This document shows positions 21,390 through 34,332 of a DNA stretch of 64,000 nt, in pieces; the first letter of the stretch is position 1, and the number at the start of each line of letters is the position of its first letter. Where the stretch lies: NCBI GenBank assembly GCA_013115145.1, contig JAAPAO010000024.1:64370-128369 (forward strand), written 5' to 3'. The notes below the pieces were generated by a model, which saw only the letters and a program-made list of their open reading frames with translations, was not told the DNA's origin and searched no databases. The DNA is from Perkinsus chesapeaki ATCC PRA-425. Its lineage: Eukaryota > Protista > Perkinsozoa. Made by a program: the position numbers and the translations under genes.

Positions 21390-24191
21390 ATGGAGCCAGT
21401 GGTGTTGTGCGGGGATGGTAGAGCTGTCTTTTAGCTATTATTTGTTATTATCGTTGCAGTGATGCCATCATTTCCGCCATCATTACCAACAGTGCCACGA
21501 TATAAGCTACTGTTCTCCTTACTTACTATAATACCGGCTGGTATAACAACAATACCACTTTATTTAGCACCCAAGTCTGCATGGTACATTTACCTTTCGG
21601 TAATAATAATAACAAAGGGGCATGGGAAAGGGCGGTCTTCTCATCTGGAAATCCAAATCGGCTCCTAATACTTGACGGATGAGAATTTCTCATTGAGAAT
21701 CATCATTTCCCTTGTCAGATCATCGGTCCTATATTTGCCAACTTCGCTGTTAAGTTCAACTGGCCGGCTATTGAAAGCTTCGCCCGTACTGGTATCCTCG
21801 GTCGATGGTTAGGTGCTGGACTTGGCTGTCTGGCACACTTCATTGTTGAGGCTATGGGCGGGGGCACTTACCATAAACTTTGGGCCATCCTATTTTTCCT
21901 CCCAGTGACATTCTTTTTCTGCATGTCGCAGAGTAATGGTGGTTGTAAAATGGGAGAGCTTATAATGGGTCAAACGTCGCTGGTATCGTCTGGTGTAGCT
22001 GTCCTGTGGTTCACCACCAACGGCTATAAGGAAGGCATTGCTTTCGCGGTCTTCCAGACCTTTGGCACCATAACGTCGTTTGTCCTTCTGCAATTCCTCC
22101 ATCTTACTGGCCTTCTTCCCGCCGACAGCCCTCCGCCATTTCAACGGTTTAGCTATTCCGCTGCCAACCTATATGATGTGATGACGTCGTATATAGTATC
22201 GGGCGATGAGCACACAAGAGTCCTCAATGCTGCTTATGAGGACTTTGTCGATGCCTGTATGAATATAGCCTCCCACCCCGGACCGGCTGACATTGAAACT
22301 CCAGCGTGGTATATGGCGGCCTATCTATTCTCGTTAAGGCAGAACCTGAAGTCTGGCAAGTTCTCTGATTCAATTTTGGAGAACTACTGGCAGCCGATGG
22401 CAGCTGATCTGCTGGATTTGCGCAGCAGTGTGGGGTTGGTGTTGAGATCTATTTATGAGAGGGACGCCACTTTGAGGGAGAGGGCAGATGAGATCAACCT
22501 GAGGGATCGCGCTAAGGTGTTTGAGGCGCATCTCCTTAAAGTGAACAGGAATGCTGCTCGCCTGGTGACCAGTGGCCAAATGGAACCTCCCGATGGAAAT
22601 GAATTTATGAGATTCCAATCAGCCTTGGGATCGACGTTCTATTTTGCGTGTCGAGCGCAGGACTATCGAGACGCCAGTGTTGAGGTACAGGAAAAGAAGC
22701 GGGAACAGGTAGGGCTACTGTCGCGATACAGAATTAGGCTGTTATTGTTCACTTCAGGCTAAGAGGTATTCCTGTCATCCATTTGAAGGGTTCGTAGAAT
22801 GGTGCAAAGGTTGGCTGAGTGAGCCTTTCTTCAAAGGCCTTAATGAAGGTGGTGGGGCCAAACCAACATTGATCTATGCAGCTCGGTTTACCCTTGCCAT
22901 TGTTATTGGAGAAGTTGTCCTAGTTGTTGGTCAGCGATACAGCAGCGGTGTTCGGCAGCATGGTCTCTGGGGAATACTTCCAGTGTACTTGTGTTTTTTG
23001 CCGACTTGTGGAGCATCTTTGCTCAGAGGCAGCCGTAGGGTTATTGGTACATTGTTGGGTGCTTTCGTGAGCATCATATGTCTACTGGCAAATCCTCACG
23101 ACTCGGCTGCAATATTCGTAGAGATGATTATCGTGGTCTTTGTCGGTAAATTCGCCAGTTCGTATGGCGGTATAGGTTATGCCGGATCAGTCTTCACATT
23201 GACCTGGTTCGTGGTGTGCATGGGCTTGGCTATCGGCACAACATCTCCTAAGAACGAGATGATGATCGCTGCTGCCTGGAGAGCTGGTCTCACTACTGTT
23301 GGTGTTATCTACGCCACTGTGTTTTCTGGTGTCGTCTTCCCGGACTTTGCTGCTGTTCATTATAAGCAAGCAACCTCCCATGCGATTGAGGAAGGCTGCA
23401 ATGGTGTTGAAGGGGCTGTTATACAGTTGGTGCGAGCAAGGACGGATGAGAAGGGCGATATATCTTTGGTTGATCCTCGCACTGAATTCGGCCACGCTGT
23501 GTTCAAGTCACTAAGTACTCGAGTAAAGTACCGCGAAGATGCGACTGCCGAAGTAGCGGTTTTGGGTACTTTAAGATTGCTCACTCCGATGACCAAAAGG
23601 GTTTTGAGGAACCGTAAGGAGATAGACAAACTTACCAATGCGGCGTTGGTGTTGCACAACTCTTTGGTGTCGGCAACCCTATTCGTAACGGGCCCCGCGG
23701 CTGATATGCTCGACTCTATCATTCCAGGCCTGAGGAACTTCGGTTTTGCTTTGAGGTCTTCATCGGAGAGGCTATATAGGGCTATGAACGAGGAGGATAA
23801 TGTCCCGCCTCTGAAAGACGATGTTAATGTGGCAGTTCAAGTGTGTTTGGATGCTTTCTTGCACGCAAAGGATAGGCTAGTAGAAGACTGTTTGGCTGGC
23901 TCCGAGAGGGCTGCCGAGATCATTTCATCTGGTGGCTTCAGAGTATATTATTTGGTGTATTCTCTTACTGTTTTTGCCGAGCTATGGACAGGAGTAGAGA
24001 ATAGGCTCATTGGGAGACAGCCTCCAGTTGAGATGGTTGGTACCACAACTACTGCCTCGGATACATCGGTGTCGACTGCTGATGAAGATTCACCAGATGA
24101 CATCCCTGAGCCTAACAATGGGACTTCTAGGCCGAGATCGCTCTCCACTTTATCGAGGAGAGCTGCTCGAGATACCCGCTATGATATTTAA
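21390..24191 (+). CDS. Polytopic membrane protein, FUSC/ALMT-like (aromatic acid or malate exporter superfamily); start uncertain (21390 or 21462)
   Basis: Two clusters of transmembrane helices. YLCFLPTCGASLLRGSRRVIGTLLGA resembles the ALMT/FUSC 'G.+L.+G..R..GTL.G' motif. Confidence 0.65.
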
Positions 24192-24827
24192 CCAACGCTA
24201 TTCCTGATTATATATTTTGAGCTAATGAGATTGTTTGAAGATCGGCTGCTTTTCTGATGGAAAAACCATAAAATCGTTGGGAATAAGAATCGCTGCTTAT
24301 TAAGATGATTTGTTGATACTCTAGTATTTATTTTATACAATTTTAACGAAGACTATTTTTCTGGAAGTGTTGATCAATGCATCAATCCTTGCAAGTCTTA
24401 CCAAGGAACGCTCAATAGCTGCTGCTGCCGTACTATAATCGGCAGTCTATGCAAAGGCGTATTCCTGTGGTAGGCAGTTGAGTTATGTTCCTATTATTCT
24501 TAGTCTATCACTGCTCTACTGTAGCAAGAACTGAGTGCAATTATTGAGGTACTCCTCGATGGCCGAGGGGGCCCTCCCTTAGACCTGCTGGTCTCAGCTA
24601 TTCGAATGCTTGTGTTGTTATAATTCCGCTAGAAAGGGGAAGTACATCAGAGTACATTCATCAGACCCACCTCAGTGATGTAATAGGCTGACACTTCACT
24701 ATACCCCTCGAGAGACTCATACGCTTGTGATTCTGGACTAGTTCTAATGTCCAAGAGGCGCGGAGGAGATCGCATGCTTCTCCCTTCTGGACTGATTTAA
24801 GTGCTTGTATTCAACAGTTGTTTGGGA

Positions 24828-26458
24828 ATGTTGAAATGCCTGGCATTTCTTTCAATTGCGTTACCTACCTGCTATGCACTCCACTTTGACGAGGCGATGC
24901 TGCAGGCCTTGGGCCACACTAGAGACTTTCTTAATAGGACTGTCTATAACAACCATCTTTCAGACGGACCGTTGGGGTTCACCGTAGACCCGCAATTCGG
25001 GGGACGACCACATTTGTGTTTCATGAGTATCGGTCCATTCTCACACATTTACTTTGAGAACCTCGCTGTACAGTACTCTGATATAGAGATGGTAGTGATA
25101 GGGCCTGAGGTCTACCAGTCGTATTCCGGTAGCTATCTCGCGGCAGTGATGGATACAACAAATAGAAGCATTACGTCCATCCCGAGCAAGGGCTCTTATA
25201 GCCGTGGATGCGACATTATAGTGTTTTCACATGATTCCTATCGGTTCTCGCTTGAGCAGATTAAACCTTTAGTACGTGGTCGAGGCGAGGTGGTTCTACT
25301 GTTTCACCTGAACGGATGCACTCATGACACTTCAACCGAGCTGACGGATAACTATCAATGCGAACTCCTGTTGTCTCTTTGGCGCCATAGCGTCTGTGGT
25401 ATGGAAGAGGCCGATGCTGGCTGCACGGATTTGCTCTGCTTGTGCTTCGCTCCAACCCAAGCGGTCGTAGATACGTTTGCGGAAGAGATCGATTGTGGAA
25501 GATTCTTTCAAGCCGGCCCCGGTGCTCCGGAAGGCAACTCCCAATGGTACCAAGATTGGTTTGTTTACCATAACATTCTCAAGTATCTCCCTGAAGACCA
25601 CGTTCGCGGTACCTTCCTTGACATCGGAGCTGCTGATCCCTTTCTCTTGTCCAATACGGTTGTATTCGAGAAGTGTCTTGGCTGGCATGGCGTGTGTCTT
25701 GAACCCAACCCGAGAGCTGCCTTGCTACTTGATGTTTACCGCGGTAACTGTACCGTTGTCCCTGTATGCATCTGGTCTACGGACTCCGAATGGAGCTTAC
25801 GACAGGGCCTTGAGCTGTCGTCTCTGTATGCACCAAGCAAAGGTGAATTCCCACTATCCTGGGTGGATGAGGAAACCTGGCGAAGGGAAGGGTTCATGGC
25901 ATTGAGGCGCACACAAACAAGCTCAGTTGGAGGTGTGGATCTTTATGATGCCAACTGCTTTACTTTATCGTCTTTGAGTGCCATGCTCGGAGGGCTGCGG
26001 GCTGACGTCGTATCGATAGATGTGGAGGGCGCTGAGGTGAGTACTTCACTCCCTGCTGACACGCTTTCACGGATGTGTCCATCCAGTAGTCCTGTGCCGG
26101 CTCGCCTTTTAGGTTGAGCTTCTAGCTGGGGTGGAGGACCTTTTTGCTCTTACCGGGGCAATCGTTGTTATCATCGAAACTCGGCCGGCTACGGCATTCC
26201 ACGTAGACCAGCTGCTCATGCCAAACGGCTACGTTAAGGTGAAATGTTAATAAACGGCGAATCGGACGTCTTTCCCGATGCATGAGCTTGTCATTTCAGT
26301 TGGCAATGCTCGGGCAAGATAGCGTATTCGTTCACATCACCGTTATAAAGTATCTCACGAGTTTATCACTACCGGATACGATGCGTTCGTCATCCGGACA
26401 AGTGTGGCACTATAGGGATTTTCAAGCTCGCTTCCTTCATTTCAAGGACAATACCTAG
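24828..26458 (+). CDS. FkbM-family (Methyltransf_21) SAM-dependent methyltransferase with a signal peptide or anchor
   Basis: GTFLDIGAADPFLLSNTVVFEKCLGWHGVCLEPNP, ADVVSIDVEGAE and NGYVK|LAMLGQDSVFVH. N-terminal hydrophobic leader. Confidence 0.8.
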
Positions 26459-26977
26459 AGGAATGTGGCCTGTTACTTGCTGAGGCAGCTCGAAATGATT
26501 GGACCGCATGTCACCCTAGTCCACCTAGTTGTGATCGCCAGCTCAGATGCGCTTCGTGATAGAGGAGATGGGACGCATGTGAGGTCATCTAACTGGCTAC
26601 TCAATTGTTTAATATCATACACGAGTGTTGAGTAGAGTGTGCAGGACAGGTTTATTTGTTCTAACTAAAGATAGGTATGGTTGGTACAGCACTCTTATAT
26701 ACTGGCCAACATATTCTTAGGCTCGGAATCTTAGCAGCTTGTGCAGCTTCTTGGGGATTTAGAAAGAGCGCATCTTATCAGTTAATCAATGAGCACGGTA
26801 TATGGTCCCTAAGCATAATAAGTATATCCTATAAGTTTCAGAGCGAAAGCTCTTGCCAGTCGTGAGGAACAGTGATTACTAAGAATATATTGTGCAGTGT
26901 CGATGGAGTCGCTATTTGATAGCAGCTCACCCGTGGCTAGGGTTGTCGCAAGTGGTCCTCACTTTTCAGTTTTGTAC

Positions 26978-29900
26978 ATGAAACTACAACACTGTATCGT
27001 CGTACTGCTGCTTCCTTTCGCCTTGGCAGCTGCTCAGTCTCTGTCGCCGTGTAGTACTGAAAGCAAAGACAGGCTTAATGTGTTCATGCTGTGGCCATGG
27101 AGAAAGGAGGAGTTCACTGGGACGCAATACTCTGCCATTGACAGTGTATGACGGGGAATCGCCTTCTACGGCTGCACTCCAGATCAGGTTCTCTTTAACT
27201 ATCCATCTGCTAATGTACAGGTGGTCTCCGATCAACTTTCAGAGGACCTGTTTGTCGGTCACATTGAGCAAGGGTAGGCGAGGAGCGCTGTTGTACCGTG
27301 TAAGTGACTGCTTTACCTCAGTTACTGTGTATCGGTTATTCCTATGAGTTTGCAGGCAGCTGTCGAGATGGTCATCAATACTCTTGGGGGAGATATGGAC
27401 GATTCCCTCGCTGGTGACTGGGTGGAGTTGCTAACCCGAGCACCAGAGAAGTAGGCCGCGCGCTTGCTTTGCCATTTCTGCGGTTTCCGTAAACGCCGTT
27501 TTCAGACATGTATCATTATTATACCATTTGGCGGTATATGCCCTACAGCTTCAGCATGGAGGGCTTTATATGCCTCTAGATGGGATGCTGCTCAATACCC
27601 TCGAGTAACCCATCCGCTGCCGGCTTTCCCGGACAGTACGTATTCTCAGATACGTTCTACCTCCTGCATTAGCGCATCGAGTGAATACAACAACGATGTG
27701 GATGGAACTTTATGTGGCAGCTGAGGATGTCGTTAATGGTGCAGCCCTTTCGCGGGATGACTTTGAGAATACTGTGTGGAAGAGGAGCTGGATGGATAGG
27801 ATGGAAGATGCCACTGTGGTAGGCCTGCATCGCTCTTATAGTAGACAACTGGCATTAGATTGTCAGCGGTGTTCCTTCAGATATGCGCTACAGACTGTCT
27901 GAGATATATACCAAAGGGCAGCCCTTCTGCAGGTTCATGGATGATAAGTATCATCACTGGTGAGTAGACACTGTGATAAACCAGTGGTCGCTAGAAGGAG
28001 CTGCTTTCAGCTACTGTTGCCCTCGGCGACTCAAGAGTGGATGTCAATGCCATTGCGACACTAATCGCTAAAACTCATATCAAGGAAGACAACTATGTGG
28101 TGAGCATTTGAGGCGCAGTGAACGCTGAATTACGGTTGAAGATCCTACCGTGCTGGCTGATGGCGGAACCGAAGTTTCCCGATTTGTGGAAGAACTTTGG
28201 CAATGTGGATTCATTGTCGGCTCGAGATACCGATCTCTTCTCTCCTCGATGGACTAGAGAACGCCAGGACTGGTACTTCCACTCTACTGCGTTGCATCTA
28301 GTCCAGCGGGTCAGGTGGCTGGTACATACTTCTAAGCTTTTCCTGCCGCTATCAATCGGAGCGGGTGATCAGCTTAACCCCATGCCCTCAAGTGTGGCGG
28401 CGCTGGCTGTTACACATTTCGACTTGGGTTTGCGGCCCAGAGGAGCCCGGGCAAGGGTCTTGTTCGTCGATGCAAAGCCCCCTAATGGTGAGGCTTCTCG
28501 ACTTCGGTTTCTATCATATATTCATTGACATCTGGACGGAATTCTTAATGCTCTTTGGTGTGGCTCTGAACAGCCGGAGGCGTGTTGCACTCAGCTGACG
28601 ATACGGTTCTTACTTTTCCATACCGTGTTTTCATATCTCCCTGATGTAGATTGTTGACACCTTCATGATAAGTGATTCCTTGTTTGTCTGTAACCCTTGA
28701 GAAAGGCTTCATGATAACCACTCCTTCATGCGGCATCTTTTCAGTGTCCCTTCGTTCGCCTCGGGACCATATAAGGCGGCATATGGTCCCGGACCAGTTG
28801 AGACTACATGATTTCCAAGTGTGGGAGGGAGGCCTGCCAGGCACGGTCGGAGGCTACAGGACCTTTCGGAATCTGAGGTGCGTAATGGAGCTTCTGATAC
28901 ACGCTGGCCATTTGGTGTACTCTTCAGAGTGAGCGCGCCGCAGCTGGTTGAAGTCTATCTTCGAGCAGATGTCGCCTTCTTTTGCCGTTCCGAACCTGGA
29001 CCGCATGTTCCAGTTGAATCCTCTGATAGGGAGGTCATGCGGTGTCGAGCAGGCATGCAATCGACCTTCGGCGAGTGGAGGGCATGTGGCAAGGCATCAG
29101 ATGTTAACTCGGCCATCAACCTACTGAGCTACCGGTCAAGGTTTCCCGATCATTTCGTAACAATGAATATTACAGTGAATCCAGTCAGTTCCTGTAGCGC
29201 TCCCATGGACAAGCTTAACCCTGGAGGCTTCAAAGATAACCTAACGTTAGCTCTGGTTGATCCAGCCAAGTTGGTGACGGTCGTAGCACATTCAGCGGAG
29301 CGATGCTGGTTGCTGCCAAGGATGGCGAACAGCCTCCTTGAGTGGTATCCTGGATTGAGTTTCTTGGCAACCTGCGAGTGTGCTTTTGAAGGAGACCCTG
29401 ATTGCGTTGACACTCCTACCCAGCGCGCCGAGTACGGTATCCCTAACTTGAAGGTGTACGATGTACCGTTCGACTTTGGTCTCTCTCGAGGGAAGTCTTT
29501 GCTGATATCTCTAGTGGAAACTGAGTTCGTTCTTGTACTTGATGATGATTTTGTTCGATCCTATCACTCTTGTTTAGAATGTATGTTGTGGCGTATGCGC
29601 AGTAAGATCCACTCTGCCCAATGGAGGCCGCTCGATATCGTTGGCTTCCCGGTGCTCGAGGATGAGCGCGCTTTTGGGGCCTTCAGAGGCAAGCTGCGAG
29701 TCGCCGACCAAAAGCTGTTCCTAGAGCCGTTTGTGGAGTCCACCCACCCTGATGGATGCGCTAGAGTTGATATTTGCCCAATGGTTTTCCTGGCTCGAAC
29801 TGCAAGGATGAAGTCATTCCAATGGCAACTAGAGCTTCCAGTCGGCGAGCATGAACAATTCTTCCTTTCAAACAAGTATCGTGGCATTCAAGTGGCGGTT

Positions 29901-30874
29901 TGCTTCGACTCTTCCTTCCCTCACTTCCGAGTGAATACTAGCTCGACCCATTACAGCGCCAGGCGAGAGAGAATGCGGCAGCTAATGACCGGCGCATTTG
30001 CCAGAGTTGGTGTTGCGCAATCTTATTATCTGTTTCATAAATACTCTTACACGAGTAGCGAGGATTTCGACTCCCTCATCGAGGTGGGCCTTGAACCGCA
30101 TACAGTCTCTGATGATACGTGTGATCCAAAGCCGCACCCACCAAAACCCTTTCGATTGGTAATGATGGCAGTCATGTCCGACCAAGATCATTTTGACCAC
30201 CGTCGAGCTCTAAGGCAGAGTAGCTCCTACCTGTCGCGACTATCTGTTGCTCAGGCATCCTATTGGGTATTTTTGGTACCTGCCCAAGCGCGAAGTGACT
30301 CTTTAGTTCGGCGAGAGTTTGACGAATTTGGTGATATTGTCTTTGTTCCTGATGGTTGGTCCTCTTCCACTCTTGCTTACACTCTAGAGTTTTTCCAAAC
30401 GTTTGAGTTACTATGGCTGGTATTTATTCGGGATGACGTCCTCTTCGATGTTGGCCGGTTTATTGAGATTATGCGCCAACTTGAGCCACCCAGAATGAAG
30501 ATGTTTTATGACCCATCTGATCTCCGATCTGTCATGGGCATGTCGCGCGACATCCATCACCTACTCGCGAGTCCAGCTGTCTTGTCAAGGCTCAAGCCTT
30601 ATGCTAGTATGTGGGAAGCATTCGAGCAGTGGACAGAACCTTTCCAGGTAACGTGCTTCACATTCACACCTGCCGCTAGAGCGCGCGCTAGTCATCCCGC
30701 CGGTTTCTATTTCAGATCGAACGGCAAGGAATCGAGGGTGTCCATGTTTCTCCAAGCCTCACCAATGCCACTTGCGTCCATGGTGCCTCGATATTAGGCG
30801 TGCTGAATGCAGACCAGCTAGCTGCCATGAGCGAGCTCTCAGCATCTGGTGTAGAACCATGTTCCATATTGTAA
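26978..30874 (+). CDS. Putative multi-domain glycosyltransferase (GT32-like + B4GALNT/GT12-like + GT31-like); single-gene model tentative
   Basis: Signal peptide, then LQHGGLYMPLDGMLL (GT32-like). The long exon has GLSRGKSLLISLVETEFVLVLDDDF and GEHEQFFL (B4GALNT-like). It continues VMSDQDHFDHRRALRQ...EFGDIVFV...FIRDDVLFDV (GT31-like). Upstream exons join in frame through a 42-nt intron near 28819-28860. Confidence 0.62.
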
Positions 30875-31161
30875 CATGCTACTTCCATGAAGTTTCCGGT
30901 GTGCACCTAGAAGGGGCATTCTGCTGAATGATTTGCCTTGTTGTTGGGGGTTGGTAGCTGTAGTGTGGATCCTGGCATCAAACTCAACGGCTAGACTGAT
31001 CGCGACGAAGCTAGAAGTAATTGCAGCACCTTCCGGCACATGAGCCTTTCTGATCTAGTGGTGTAGGCGTATGTAGCATACTGTCGAGTAGCTAGCTGGA
31101 TATCCCTACCGGAGGATGATGTCTTTTAATATGTTGTTCGCATTCAGTTGTTGATTTTATC

Positions 31162-33298
31162 ATGAATCGTGCAGTGTACGCTCCTTTCCTCCTTTTAATA
31201 CTTCTACTCGCACCTACCACGGTATCGCGAATCCTAGGTGGCTCTAATTGCAATGTCTCCTGGAGTGCTTCAATAGTCTCCAATGGCTCTAATCACGTTC
31301 TAACTCCACAAGCCGCAAGTCGCACAGGCGCGGCTTGGTGGGCGTGCTTCTCCTCAAAGGATAATCAAGTACTCGGTTATAATGTCACCTTGCAAACTCA
31401 ACCTCATCATGCCGGTGGCATGGAGGTGTTCCTGAGAGTCTCCGAGGCAAGCGCATGCGATGGTTCGGTTCGCATTGATGCCAAGGATAGAGTCTCCTCT
31501 TGGACGATAACTTCGAGCCTTATGGGTAACCGTGTTGTAAAAAGCGTCATCCTTCCCTATGGCTATGGTCGGCAACTTGACTGCTCTGTTGAATCCTGCG
31601 ACCACACTCTATCTTATGGTTCTGATGCGAGCTATCAAGTCCTCGTCTCATCACTGGATGGCAATGAGAGTGGATTCCTGGCTACCTTGGATGGAGCTGG
31701 TTTCCTAAAGACTTACTCTTCTGGCAATCACGGCACGGAGTTTTCTGTAACAACGGAGGTAAGATGATTCGTGTGGAAGGTATGGCATGTTTCTTTTCAG
31801 TTACGCGAGCGGCTTGATCCAGCCACGTTACCATTTCGTACTCCCTTTCCGACGGTGGTTGGTGTCATAGAAGGCGATTGGTTCGATGTGGCGAATATCT
31901 ATCGTGAATGGGCAGTTCCGGTCTTCACGGTTCCCAAAAAGAGGACTTGGCTTGATGAGGCTCCGGGTGCGCTCTGGGTAAACAGTCACTGGAAAGGAGA
32001 AGGCACATTTCTGAAACTTGGTGGTCAACCTAAGCGAGTCCTGGATAATGTGGATAGACTACGCAAACTGATCGGTGGCGATCATGAAGTGGCTTTTCAT
32101 TGGTATGAATGGGACAACCTTGGATATACTGACGGTGATAACTACACCATTTGTCCCGATCCTACTTGTGGCTTTGACACTCACTATCCTCATTATCTTC
32201 CTGCTAGACCCGGCTTCGCAGAGGCAGTTGATAAGTTGTATGGAATGGGTGTTCACGTATTCCCCTACATCAACGGTCGGTTATTCGATACTCAACTGCC
32301 AGAGTGGAAGAGTGATGTGGAACCTCAACATGCTTGTCGTGATATTAGCGGTGAAGTCGTTTCTGAAGACTACGGGTCCGGTACCACTTTCGGCATACCA
32401 AATCCAGCTGGAGCATACTGGCCAACAGTTATTGAAACTGCTTGCAGCGAGATAATGTAAGTCAAGGGATACATCCGTGTGAAGTTTTACCTATGTTTGC
32501 CTTCTTTCTTAGGCAGAATTTCCCCAATCTGGGCGGAATTTACCTTGATGAGCTCGCTGCTGCACCCAACCTACCTTGCTACATCAACGGCCGAGGCCAT
32601 AATTGGGTTCACGGTATTAACAAAGTTGCGATAGGGTGAGTTGCCTCTCTTTGTACTCCTGTCCTGATAGAAAGCTACTCGGGACAAAAATCGAATTCGT
32701 CTTCAGGTGCTCGGATGGTGCGTCGCAATGGAAGGCTGGTGTGCCAACATTGACTGAATCCAATGCAGAAACGATGATGAAGTCTGTTGATGCTTATCTC
32801 ACTCTCGTTGCTATGCACGCCTCTAGTCCTGTACCTTTCTTTGGTACTGTCTACGGCGGGCATTATAAAGGTGTCGGTTCTTCCTTCACTCGGAAGGCCC
32901 ACGGGACTCCCCAAGATTTTACCAGGGCCATCTGTCAACAGTTGCTCTTCGGTAATCGCCTTGGTTGGTTTGCCCTTGATGGTGATGACGGATTACTTAC
33001 CTTCCTCGAGGGCTCTCCTGAATCTGTGGCCTTCCTTCGGAGAGCTCTAGATGTCCGGTCCGAGCTGTCTCTATGGTTTGACCATGGACGACCTGGACGG
33101 CAGCGTGGAGATACTAACCAAGATTGGATATATGAGGATGCCCACAAGAAGTTGACCACGACCGTGTTTTGCAAGCCTCTCAGCCTCCCGGCTGACTTGA
33201 TAGAGCCGCCTGTGGAAGATATGGTATATTCCAGTATAAAAGAAGATACAGCGGCTTCGACCAAGGCTGCCATCATCGAAGATTTAATCATTTTTTAG
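31162..33298 (+). CDS. Secreted DUF6259-like putative glycoside hydrolase, paralog 1 (4 exons)
   Basis: Signal peptide, GDWFDVANIYREWA, PHYLPARPGFAEAVDKL..MGVHVFPYINGRLFD and GIYLDELAAAP..PCY..G.GH. The pattern is recalled from the mainly bacterial DUF6259 family. Confidence 0.72.
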
Positions 33299-34332
33299 AT
33301 TAGCTCACTTCTGTACCATATTTCTAGATATCTTCCTACGCATTGAGTAATTCAATTTGAATTCATTCGCCGATCGTTTAACATTTTTAGCTCACCCGAC
33401 AGTGTTTTGGTCTCTCTGCAGCTATCACCGAGTTGCGTTATCCACTATTTCATCAAGAAAAGACCTAATTCAATTTTATTAGGATGCTCCACCAGCACAA
33501 AAGCGGTCTCTGCGAGAATATCCATCATCCAGAGCCTTACTGTCCAAAACACCCTGATTGGTATGGCTTGAAGACCGTTGGGAAGTCACTTCGTGGAAGT
33601 GTGGTCTGTTCCAAGAGCTTCCGAGGTTTTCCAGAATCCTGCAACGTTCACCGTGACATTTCATGTCGCTTCCGACACAACTAGCAGCTCCATCTTTGTT
33701 GTTAAAGGTGGAATAAGCGATTCTTTGAGAGTTCGGTTACTGAAAACCAACTATGAACCCACTGCTAGTATCCCATGGTAACGCACGAAGTAGGCTTGCA
33801 GCAGAGTGTCGTGATTACAAGGCATTGTGTGATTCTCGTACTGTTGTGTGGTGCAGAAGTATGCTTCCTGCGCTACCGTTTGAGCCTTCTTGTTCCGTTG
33901 CTTGAGACCATTGCAGTACAGACCTCCGAGCAACAGTAGAACAGGCTGCTGTCTTACGTTGGATATTTCTGATCTTGCTGAAGGTCTCAAATCTGCAAGG
34001 ACTTCCACCTCAAGAGCCCACAGTGACTTCGCTGCTGCCGGCATGTCGTCGGCATAGCGCCATGGGCCAGATGCTCCTTGCTCGGCTTTGGGCATGCGTG
34101 TATACAACACTGTTTAACCATTGACAGGCTTGGTTGCTGTCCAGTGTATGTAACTGTTAGAACTATAGTTTGGATCGCGCGCTACGTTATGTGGCATGGC
34201 CAGATCGATTCGGTAAAAAGTAAAGTGACCAAATACAGAACGTGGCGCTCTTCGGTGACGATAATTGACTCCCCTCCGCGGCAGTAACTTTTTGCATCAT
34301 TTCTTTACTATCAGCTGGGTCCGCCTATCAAC

